From assembly GCA_032718475.1 (NCBI GenBank), contig JAUCBJ010001851.1:1-46463 (forward strand): DNA of 46,463 bases, in the 5' to 3' direction. Position 1 is the first letter of the stretch. Each line of letters starts with the position of its first letter. Origin of the DNA: Nemertoderma westbladi. Its lineage: Eukaryota; Animalia; Xenacoelomorpha. Below, in pieces: positions 34,194 to 43,786 of this stretch. A program made the translations under genes and the position numbers. The notes under the pieces were generated by a model. That model was not told the DNA's origin. It did no database searches and saw only the letters and a list, made by a program, of their open reading frames with translations.

Positions 34194-36656
34194 TTGAAGA
34201 CGACACCTTTATTTAATTTGGATACAAATATGGACAACAAAGGTGTTCAAATGGACGACGAAATTCATTCAGCTTCGGAATCTGATGCATCCACACAGTC
34301 TGGTAAGTCACCTCTTACATCTACACGTATTGAAAACGTTATCTCACCAACTCCTGTTGCATCTGTTGTAAATCCTACCGTAGAAATGTCTAGTGAGAGT
34401 TCAGTACCTAATCTAACTCACGTAAAGAGAACGATTGCTGGTTATAAGGCTCATTTTACACGACGTTTCAATGAGTTTACCATTCAAAGGTCTGCTACAT
34501 TCGACCCTACTAATATCGATTCTATATTTAATTCTTGTATTAATGTATACAAATCTTTGTGTAGTCACTATGAAAAATCAACTTTCGATTTCGAAAGATT
34601 TGGTTTTTCTGATGTGTCACGTGAGCTAGCTGCACAATCAGTAACTGTACTGTCAGACCTTGAATCTAAACTCAATGACATTCGCGAATATATTAATAGC
34701 AATGAGCAGACCGTGACTCAGACCCAGACATGTCGGAGTAACGCCATACCTATTGTAGTTGTGTCTTCAGATGTTCCACAGTATGTATCATCTCATGAAC
34801 AATTGCAAGTTGGCGAGCACAAACGTAATCGAACAATTTCAACTCACTCTGGTTCTACAGCACATTCTCAAGCCTCGACGAGCGCATCAGTTAGAGTTCA
34901 TCGTGCCAAAGTCAAGCGAAAATTACTCCTGCTACAGCTCGAGCAGTCAGGAGCAGCTGCTCAGGCAGATCAGGCTGACACATTGATATTACAAAAATCA
35001 GAGCGGCAACAGAAAGAAATTTCTCGCTTGGCAAAGGAACGTGGCCTTCGCGATGCTCTTGCACTTGCAGCACTTGAAGAAGCTTTAGAGTTGAAATCAC
35101 CTGAATTTGGAGAAGCAGAAGCAGATTATGTAGCTTCTGCGCTATTACAATCACCAAAAAGATCTCCCACGTATGACGTACCAATTGGTGTACAAACTAA
35201 AAGTAATCTTAACAATAATGTGACTGTTAATACAAGGAACCAATCAGAGTCTCCAGTCGACCCTGTTGCCATAGCAACCACGTGCCTACCTGTTAATGTG
35301 AGTGCCTCAGATTCCTATGAATCAGCACAAAATAATCTGCAGTCTAGTCAATCTCATTCCTACCCTGTCACTGTAGAAACAACGTCAGTAGTGTCATCTC
35401 AACTTCCAATTTTTTCTCTTACGTCTCCTATAAGACCCACTAGTGCGCTAATTAATAGTAGAGTTTCTGAAATTATCCCACTAGGTAATTTTTGTACAAC
35501 TGGTCTCTTTATACCCCCAACATCGCCTTTTAATACTGCATCTTCCTTAAGTCAGTATTCTCAGAGATATCCTAGAAGTTCCTCGGCCGGACAATGCATT
35601 TATTCATCCTATACTTCTGGAGGACAATATGTCCCATCCTATCTTACTACCAGCCGGGAACAATATAGTCAAGAGGAGCCTGTGGCATTTACATCTCTTG
35701 ATGTAAATAGCCTTACATGTCCATCTATATATGTTTCAACATACCCCATAGGGGGACAATTCCCCCACCCTTCCCACCCCATAGGTCAAAGTGTCCCATC
35801 ATGTCCCATCAATGTTCCGGGTCAATCTGCACAAGAGAGGCGCCCCAAGTTTGCCTCTTCTGCGATATACAATACCCATAATATATCTCACGTCCCATCA
35901 TTTGCCATGGGAGGACAAAACTTATATGATGAGGGACAATATTTCCCATATAGTACCACTGGCCTACAGTATCAATACAGTGAGACTCCTGGATTTTTAT
36001 GTAATCCTGTAGAATCTGTAACTGCTAGTTCAATCTCTGTTGGTCAGTCTGCAGTAAATGCTCCTAATTCAAATCATGTACAATTTGCCATGGGGGGACA
36101 CAATGGTCCAGTATATTTCGATAGAAATGCTCCTAATTCTGCACTATCGGGTATTACATCCATGAACCCTAATGATAGATCTTCTATCTCCATTGCAGGT
36201 GACCCCACTGTAGTATCAAGTGGTGTCAATTATAATATGGCAAAATCTCGTTTCGCATATTTAATCCGTCAGCTACATGGTCAGCCACAAATCCGTGCCC
36301 TTTATCAACAAAAAATAGACGATTATGTCGTGAAGGGTTATGTTCGCAAACGATCGTACGATCCCATTAACTTTATCTTACCTTTTATCATAGCAGGTCG
36401 ATTAGTTATAGCAAAAATGTGGTCAATGGAATTAGACTGTGATACCCCACTCCCACCAGATACAACACGTCAATGGATGAAGTGGCGAGATCAACTCCCT
36501 TTGTTCAGCGAACTGGAAATACCTAGGATGTACATCCCCGTCCATTCGGGTCCAATCAACTACCAGTTACATATTTTTCCAGACGCCACTAAAGTGGCCT
36601 ACGGTACAGTATTGTACATCCGATCTGTAAGTGACAATGAAATAAATAGTATATAA
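34194..36656 (+). CDS. Collapsed BEL/Pao polyprotein: Gag N-terminal region fused in frame to pre-RT and Peptidase_A17/RNase H fragments
   Basis: NYNMAKSRF...YQQKIDDYVVKGYVRK joins YDPINFILPF...LHIFPDATKVAYGTVLYIR. No capsid core, zinc knuckles, protease, RT core or integrase. The terminal motif VYPDHVGLIRSVEVKT...KLCILE lies out of frame at ~36653-36772. Confidence 0.85.
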   Translation: MKTTPLFNLDTNMDNKGVQMDDEIHSASESDASTQSGKSPLTSTRIENVISPTPVASVVNPTVEMSSESSVPNLTHVKRTIAGYKAHFTRRFNEFTIQRSATFDPTNIDSIFNSCINVYKSLCSHYEKSTFDFERFGFSDVSRELAAQSVTVLSDLESKLNDIREYINSNEQTVTQTQTCRSNAIPIVVVSSDVPQYVSSHEQLQVGEHKRNRTISTHSGSTAHSQASTSASVRVHRAKVKRKLLLLQLEQSGAAAQADQADTLILQKSERQQKEISRLAKERGLRDALALAALEEALELKSPEFGEAEADYVASALLQSPKRSPTYDVPIGVQTKSNLNNNVTVNTRNQSESPVDPVAIATTCLPVNVSASDSYESAQNNLQSSQSHSYPVTVETTSVVSSQLPIFSLTSPIRPTSALINSRVSEIIPLGNFCTTGLFIPPTSPFNTASSLSQYSQRYPRSSSAGQCIYSSYTSGGQYVPSYLTTSREQYSQEEPVAFTSLDVNSLTCPSIYVSTYPIGGQFPHPSHPIGQSVPSCPINVPGQSAQERRPKFASSAIYNTHNISHVPSFAMGGQNLYDEGQYFPYSTTGLQYQYSETPGFLCNPVESVTASSISVGQSAVNAPNSNHVQFAMGGHNGPVYFDRNAPNSALSGITSMNPNDRSSISIAGDPTVVSSGVNYNMAKSRFAYLIRQLHGQPQIRALYQQKIDDYVVKGYVRKRSYDPINFILPFIIAGRLVIAKMWSMELDCDTPLPPDTTRQWMKWRDQLPLFSELEIPRMYIPVHSGPINYQLHIFPDATKVAYGTVLYIRSVSDNEINSI

Positions 36657-36933
36657 CGCAAGTATACCCTGATCATGTGGGGTTAATTAGATCAGTTGAA
36701 GTAAAAACCTCCTTGGGAGTTTACAAAAGATCACTTGATAAACTATGCATCTTAGAGGAAATAATTAAGTAACAATAAACTACTACTAAAATTAATTAAC
36801 TAATAAACCATACTTTGTATACTTATCAAATAGCAAAATAATTTCTCTAATTTACTTTTAGGTTTTGGCTACCAAAATTCCTGGGTGTGATGTGATGGTC
36901 GTCCACATCTTTGTTGACTTCCACTGAAGGATG

Positions 36934-37101
36934 AATATTGAACTCGGTTAAATGGAACTATAAGCAACGAACTATAAAATGATAACTAGAGATCCATTGT
37001 TAAAGAGATTAAGTATTAATATTGAACTCGGTTAAATGGAACTATAAGCAACGAACTATAAAATGATAACTAGAGATCCATTGTTAAAGAGATTAAGTAT
37101 T
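36934..37101. repeat. 84-bp tandem duplication in the 3' UTR of BEL element 2
   Basis: AATATTGAACTCGG...GAGATTAAGTATT starts at 36934 and at 37018. Confidence 0.93.
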
Positions 37102-37829
37102 AACCGTTGGTGATGGTCGAGCTTACATGGTTGGTACATTGTAAATTATGTAATGTAGTGGTGAAATTCATAAGTATTTTGAATTTATTCACCCTATAGT
37201 AGTTATTCTAACTAATCTATCACCACACTCCTAACAACCTAATCTATAATCCTAAATCATTGTGTCATAATTGTTTATCGTTTCCTATTTACATAGTGTC
37301 CTTAAGATGAGATATATTATAAACAATTTTAACTTAATTTTACAAAATTGACGATGCATTATTTGGATATTACACGTATCTTAACTTCGTCAAATACATT
37401 ACTGAACAAATTACCTTCCTTAAGTATTGTATTAATAATGTTAATCTTTGACCTTCAATGACCCTTTAGATACCAAGGAGCTTCTTATCTCCTTTGTATG
37501 GTATATCCATACTTTTAAATGTTTGTCCTCTGTGTTATATGTGTTGTCTTCTGTACGCCTGTTTCACTCGTATGGCAACTCCATACTTTTAAATGTACGT
37601 CATATATGTATCCTTTATGTTTATCTGTCATTCGTATGGTTTACCCATACTTTTAAATGTATGTCCTGTGTGTAATCTTTGTTTTGTATGTCCTGTTCGA
37701 CCACCGAGGTAAAATATAAAGGCCATAGATTAATATTATTTGAGTGGGACAAGATGTTCCTTCGATTGTTTGAAATTTTTAAGATGTTTTGAGGAAGCCC
37801 AGATATCGTGTAAAAATTTGAAAATTTTT

Positions 37830-37837
37830 AAGGGGGA
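37830..37837 (+). promoter_or_regulatory. Polypurine tract of BEL element 2
   Basis: AAGGGGGA one base before the 3' LTR. Confidence 0.75.
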
Positions 37838-37838
37838 C

Positions 37839-38535
37839 TGTAGTGGCGGGTCTCTCTCAAACAATAAAAAATATATTATCATTACATTACCGCCCATTCT
37901 CCCAGCTTATTGTTGCAAACCAATATCTATCTCATCTCCAATATACTCATTCGACCATTAGTGGCTGCCCCCATTCACAGCCGTTTATCCTATACAGATA
38001 AACAGCTGTATTCTTCCCTTCACTCCTGTGAAGGATAGGTACCACATTAGGTAGGTATCTCCACTGCGCTACAACCCCTTATTACCCATTAACCAATCAA
38101 GGCCCACCACACTGTCACCCCTATTATTACTTCACTGTATTTCTACAGCTTACCAAGCTCAACATTACTCATTCACTATAGTTGGTCTCATTCCGCAGTT
38201 TCCCAAACGGAAACTCCCCCTATTAACACTCTTTATTACTTTGTATTCTTGACTCTTACGATATTTTACGTTTATATTATTAGATCTCTTATTATGTATT
38301 AATGTTCTTATGTTTCCGTTATCTTATTACCCCTTACCGCTTATAATCGTATATTATTATCTTATATATTTTCTATAATAAATATGCTCCTAATTCCCAA
38401 TCAAATAAACAAATTATTCTTCTTTATGGGACGTAACCGTGTAAACTGGGTGAAATCCAACTATAGTTGAACATATTACAATCACATAGATCATCTTATT
38501 GTTTTATACACAAGAGCATAGCAACCGCTCTTACA
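37839..38535 (+). repeat. 3' LTR of BEL element 2
   Basis: Partner of 33312-34008. Confidence 0.97.
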
Positions 38536-39646
38536 TGGATAAGCAGCTATAGGAAATACCAGTCTTTCTCTGCCAACCATAAAGTTTGCAACACAATTCA
38601 TTCCCAGAAGCAGAATGACATTCATCTGCAAAACTATGGTCTTCAACTTCATCCTTATCCTCAAAACTAAAATCTGTGTTACTGTCCAAACTCTCATCAC
38701 TATCACAAGATTATCATAAGATTCTCACCACCAGCACTTGGAGCATTGTGACAGCTACCTGTACTAATACTAATCACATTCTGAACAGTTTCCAATAAAT
38801 CATGTTTCCTCTTATGAGTAGATTGCGTCTCGACTCCATCCAAAGCTGCATAGCATAGCCTAGTCTGTAAGACAAAGAAAGGGATCGAATTGATTATCAA
38901 AATGGTACTTGTACTGGCAGCAATTACATTTTACAATAAAATTTGTAATTCCAGAATTTCTAATGCTAATACCAGGCTGGAATTGCTACATGAAACTCTG
39001 AAGATTCTTCCATGTACAAGAGAAATACGTGGTGTAAAGCCGCGTAATGACGATTTTGCACCACGCAGAGTGACAAGTACACCGCCGAACCCGCAGTGTG
39101 GGCGGCGATAAAGTTCGTGCAAAGTGGAGAAGTATCAACAAGAATTTGCCACAAAAAATTTCAAAAAGTTTCATTATCATTTTATATTGTTAAAATGAAA
39201 AAATTTCGCTCAGGTTTCTTTTTAATTTTGCATTTTAAGAATGAAAATTTTCACTGGTGCTTCTATTTCATTTGGCCATTTGGCTTAGCTTTGCATTGTA
39301 GTGCAGGGTGCGAATTACCTGTATTGAATTACTACAGTAGTACTGGTACTAAATGCGAATTACTAATAAACACATTTAAAATCCAAATCTTCTGGTATCT
39401 TCTGCGTACATTGTGGAAAAGACGCTGAGCCAGCTAATACAATTACTGTAAACTGTAACACTGTATTGGCCTACATGAACCCGATTTTCCCACGAAAATC
39501 ATAATTCTTTATAGAATGCTATCAAAGCTTTAATTTAAAATTTATTGAATTCCCATTCGCTGATAACCATGTTTAGTTTAAGAGTTATAGGGATCTGCAA
39601 CTCTGCTATACTGTACAGTATGTTGATCTGTTAAGATATCTGTGCA

Positions 39647-39981
39647 TTAATTAGCAAGTCGTAGGACTTGATTACTGTAAGAATTGTTGGCTGACTGGCT
39701 GACTGACTGGCTGGCTGGCTGGCTGGCTGACTGACTGATCTACAGCCAAAACTACTCTAACGATTTTGATGAAATTTTCACAGCGGCTAGATACCACGAT
39801 TCTAAGGTCCCTGGTATGTTCCGCTATTTCGTCCATGAGCCGTGGGCTCGAAAAATATACATAAACGAAAAAACGCCATAGGCGCAATGGTAAAATAACA
39901 CCAATGACAGCTTGTTGATGGAATTTACATTTGATTGATGACTTCCGACTTGCTTAACGGCGTCTTGACGCCGTCTCTAGT
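39647..39981 (+). mobile_element. DINE-1/HINE-like non-autonomous Helentron (rolling-circle) element
   Basis: Subterminal IR AGCAAGTCG (39653-39661) and CGACTTGCT (39946-39954), a (GACT/GGCT)n microsatellite, an ACGATTTTGATGAAATTT core, and a 3' GC hairpin ACGGCGTC-TT-GACGCCGT followed by CTAGT. Confidence 0.82.
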
Positions 39982-40679
39982 AATACAGTTACTGTATTTA
40001 CTGAGTGAAGAGAATGTTTTTGTTCATTTAAGAGTGTACGACATACCTATAGTATGCCTATAGTATAGCCATGACGGTAGGTTAGATTTACTTGAATTAC
40101 TGTAAATCTTATCAAATACAATATCATGCGGGTAATGCTGGAGTGTATATTTCCTGTGCCAGTGGCTAATTTAAGTGGTTTGACATATACAAGTTAAAGT
40201 TATTCCTAATACAAGTTATTCAGTGCGATTAATATGCGATCACTCGCATGCGAGAGGGCAGATGCGAAACGCAAGAGAACGAATGCAACACGCGCATTTC
40301 GAGGAGAACCAAATATAAACCACATACTGTACTTTCGGCACAGGGAATTTATTTGGCCATCTGAAAGCAAAACACAAAACTCCATTCCACCAAGTAAAAC
40401 GAGACGAAGAGGAAACGAAGATAGTGGAAGAAATTGATAAAAATAAGAAAAGTTCTATCTATATCATTGATAAAAATAACGTGAGTAGGTCTACTGGTAA
40501 TGGTCTCTCCAGTTCCAGTACGAGTTCTATTAGTACCGGTACAGGTAGTACCATTAATATCCGTACTAATACTCCATCCACCCAACTGGGGTTAATTTAA
40601 CAGATGCCCCTAAAGAAAACGAATACACGGTAGCGCCAGCTGTAGATACCCCTGCCATTCATATTAGGTCTACGCCTTT

Positions 40680-41855
40680 AAGACAGACGAGTCTCAGGGA
40701 GCTGATGTTATGAAAGGAACACAATTCAAAAGGTAACAAACTTCAGATAGATCTTAACTATTTACAAATGGAAATGTTGGTGGATGAAATGTTGGTGGAT
40801 GAAATGTTGCCATACAACCTAGTTAATAAACGATCCTTCCAAGTTTTCATTAATACAATTAATCCACGTTTTCTGATTCCAGCGATTTTCTAATTCGCAC
40901 GGTAATATTGCCGGATATATACACTAGAGTGCGGCGAAAGGTCATGGACGTGATGAAGAACATTACTTGGTTTGCTGGTACGACAGATATATGGAGTTCA
41001 GAACATAAGGACTCGTATATCATCTTTACATGTCACTATTTCGAGTCCTGGGAAAGAAAATGTGCAGTTATTGAATGTCTCCCCTTCCCCCGCTGGTCAT
41101 TCTGGCGATCACATTGCAGCGGCCTTAAAAGAAGCAGTTGACGACTGGGGACTAGGTTCTAAACTCAACTTAATTTTGCATGATAATGCGTTGAATATGG
41201 TTAATGGGATGGGGTTAAACGGCTGGAGAAATTGTGGTTGATTTCCCCATGGCCTACATCTGGTGGTGACCAACGCAATTGATTTACAACCTTCACTTAG
41301 TTAACAATTTCTAAGATATGGAAAACCGTAGCTTTCTTCCACAGAAGCAATTTAGCGATATTAGGACAATTGCGACCTGGACAATTGCGACCCATGATTT
41401 TGGGAAAAATTTATGGGTTGCAATTGACCGGGTCGCAATTGTCTGGGTTGCAATTGACCGGGTCGCAATTTTCCGGATCCAGATAAAAAGATGTAATGTA
41501 TATCATTGATAAATATCATTGTATCATTGACAATTGCGACCCGGACAATTGTGACACATAATTTTTATTTAAAAACATGGGTCGCAATTGACCGGGTCGC
41601 AATTGTCTGGGTCGCAATTATCCGTACTCCCAATTTAGCCATGAATGAGTTGCGTAAGGCTCAGTAAATTGAATGCCAACTTCCTTTTTATTGAGATTTT
41701 AAGAACCATTTTTATTGATTCTGCCATTTGGTGGTCAAGTTTATACCATATGATAACTCGTTTCGTTGAACAAAAACAAGCAATCTTAAGGGCCCTTGCA
41801 GAGCTGGGGAAGACCATGAGGTTAAATACGTTAGACAGGGAGATTGTACAGAAGG
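40680..41855 (+). pseudogene. hAT (ZBED/Ac-like) transposase, degenerate and 3'-truncated
   Basis: DEMLPYNLV...F...NPRF, TTDIWSS...SYIIFTCHY, HSGDHIAAAL..WGL, HDNALNM, HGLHLVV, FHRS and WSSLYHMITRFVEQK; several stops and frameshifts. Confidence 0.88.
41357..41630. mobile_element. Mutator-like MITE built of CAATTGCGACC repeats
   Basis: 9-bp TSD CAATTTAGC (41348-41356, 41631-41639) and imperfect G-terminal TIRs. Removal restores HRSNLAMNELR in the hAT ORF. Confidence 0.85.
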
Positions 41856-41882
41856 TAAGATTTTCTTTACATCACATGTGAA

Positions 41883-43575
41883 GGGAGGCAGGGCGAGAAA
41901 AAATAATTTTCTGACCAAAATTTTTTTTATTGAATTTTCTAGTTCAAAATTTTATTAGCTATTCAAAAAATTAAGTCCTAATTAAATGCAATCAAGCGTT
42001 CAAAAGTTCTAAACATTTGAGTGATGTGCACTCCTGACATTGTTTTGAAAAAAAAATTACAAAATTAACATGATGTAATTAAGTATTATAATTAGTAGTA
42101 CCAGTAATATATGATTAATTATTAATGAGAGTAATAAAATATTATTATTATTATATATTATTATTATTAATTAATTAATTATTCATTTATTGTATTAGGT
42201 GTAGAATTAGTTTCCATATTATTTGCAAGTTAGTATAGACCTGTAATGCACTCATTATCAGTTTCTTCTTTCCTTTTTCTATTTCACCTGTTCTTTGCCT
42301 TGGCTTCCCTATCAACGCGGTTAGATAGATTTTTTTATACATTATGTAAAAACAATAACAAATACACCAAACAATGTACCGGTATAAAGGTATTGTCCAA
42401 CATAACATATAGGATTACCCTTAAAGCTTTGCAGCTTATTTCCAAGGGGGTCCTTTATGTTACTTAGTTACAAATACAATATTACACTACGCTAACCTAA
42501 AACCAATATAAACGTAATTACACTATGTACATATACAACTTTACCGAGAGCGTGACAATGTCTGACTCAACGATAAAGATGTAATGTACAGAACAATTTA
42601 ATATAAAACGTAATTACAGTATAAATAGTAAATAATTTATAAACTAATAACTTACTGAAGGACTATTGTACCTATTTTTACATTGCACACGGAGATGAGA
42701 TTTAACTGCAGATTTAAAAGAATGTTGATTATTTAGGTTTTTAATTTCATTATGCAGAGCGTTCCAATTTTTAATGCCGTTAAAAAAAAGAAAGAAGAAA
42801 GGTTAGCAGTGCGGACACGTCTCATGTCCAAGGAGAGTAGGCCATAGTTAGTATGTTTGCCTGGTTCTATCCCCAGCTGCTTTAGGACACGTATTCGAGA
42901 TTCATTTCCATTATTATAGACCAATACAGCATCCAATGTTCCGAGTTGCAGTGTGTGTATACCAATAAACACTCGCTTTGGGCACCGAGTCCAAATTGAA
43001 TTATTTAAACTCTCGTTTACATTTTGACTTTTCCCATGAAGGCACTTTGATAAGAATTTATTCTCAGTGAGATCTCGATATATTGGTTTCAGCTTCAAAA
43101 GTATCGGTTCTGGAATTTAATTTTATGAGTATAGGCTTGGTGGGTGATTTGTGCAATGTTATATTTGCACCAACTATCAGCATCTTTGGGGCAAAGTCCA
43201 TGGGATGGGTTTTTGTCAGTGGAGAGATAGTGAAAATACGTTGCCAAGATTGCCTTTTTCATCGCATCGACACTGTGACCATTTGCCCGAATAGCATTTC
43301 CATAGTAACCTTGCCTTTTACATCGCATCGACACTGTGACCATTTGCCCGAATAGCATTTCCATAGTAACCTTGAAGCCTATCTATCCGCGAGTCTGTTA
43401 GTCTGTTTTTACCAGAAATCACTCTTCCATCTGACAGTTTCACAAGCTTTCAATTTCCGCATGGGTCAACCAATCCTCTTTTGCACATGGCGTTCTAGTT
43501 TTTAAATAGTTACTTTATCCCCATATGGTCTACTCTGGGCAACTTCAGAGAAAGAGTTAGTATCACCATCACTTA
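41883..43575 (-). mobile_element. 3' half of a Kolobok-type DNA transposon (transposase pseudogene ~42230-43575), cut on the right by the Penelope insertion
   Basis: SDGDT...PYG...HVQKRIG...DG...RLTD..ID.LQGYYGNAIR...STDKNPSHGLCP...SWCKY...KCLHGKSQNVNESLN..IW..CPK. A 61-bp tandem duplication at ~43250-43373. Left terminus approximate. Confidence 0.75.
42325..42800 (-). mobile_element. 5'-truncated CR1/L2-group LINE fragment (ORF2 C-terminus plus 3' UTR)
   Basis: SFF..NGIKNWNALHNEIK...SFKSAVKSHL, 3' UTR with GGAAATAAGC, and an ATCT tail. 6-bp TSD GGTTAG (42319-42324, 42801-42806); removal restores RTANRVDREAK. Confidence 0.78.
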
Positions 43576-43637
43576 AATGATAAAGTAGCTAGAGTTAACA
43601 TTGTAAACGTTCGAATAAACATTATAAAATAATAAAA

Positions 43638-43672
43638 ACCGACGCGTTTCGAATTTTAATTCGTCTTCAGGT
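43638..43672 (-). ncRNA. Minimal type I hammerhead ribozyme (3' copy)
   Basis: Minus strand ACCTGAAGACGAATTAAAATTCGAAACGCGTCGGT: CUGANGA core, stem II GAATT/AATTC, GAAA, palindromic stem III ACGCGT, GUC cleavage triplet. Confidence 0.85.
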
Positions 43673-43786
43673 ATATAATACATAACATGGTACAGTACAA
43701 CAGTACAGTAATTAAATTAGAGTGTACCAACACATATAATAATAAGATTAAATGGCGCCTAACTAAAGTTCAAATTTGCCGCCAAT

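Larger units (their letters stand above)
33312..38535 (+). mobile_element. BEL/Pao LTR retrotransposon 2, non-autonomous, very recent insertion
   Basis: 697-bp LTRs (TGT...ACA) with no difference seen by eye, 5-bp TSD TGGAT (33307-33311, 38536-38540), and Pao pol remnants. Confidence 0.95.
6872..38870 (-). mobile_element. Degenerate EnSpm/CACTA (CMC superfamily) DNA transposon, host of most nested insertions; coordinates give only the recognisable coding span
   Basis: Transposase motifs at 31750-33311 and 38541-38870, followed on the same strand by a DUF4806-like ORF. Both rejoin in frame when the nested elements and one TSD copy are removed. Termini not identified. Confidence 0.75.
31750..38870 (-). 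pseudogene. EnSpm/CACTA (CMC) transposase, heavily degenerate, split by BEL element 2
   Basis: LYGWQRKTGISYSCLS|SLLNILNKFHPNLPLSSKTL is in frame across the TGGAT TSD. Also NIDGLPISKSSNLSLWPIL, ADAPA..SGYACC..C, FDYMHCLCLGV, HFKAMEFR and FGCLDRWSAFRFES. Confidence 0.85.

Noticed and set aside
39040-39110. Right terminus of the EnSpm element (CCCACACTG on minus) pairing with CCACACAGG near 6732
   Set aside because: Only ~6 bp match and no TSD support, so the termini are left unassigned.
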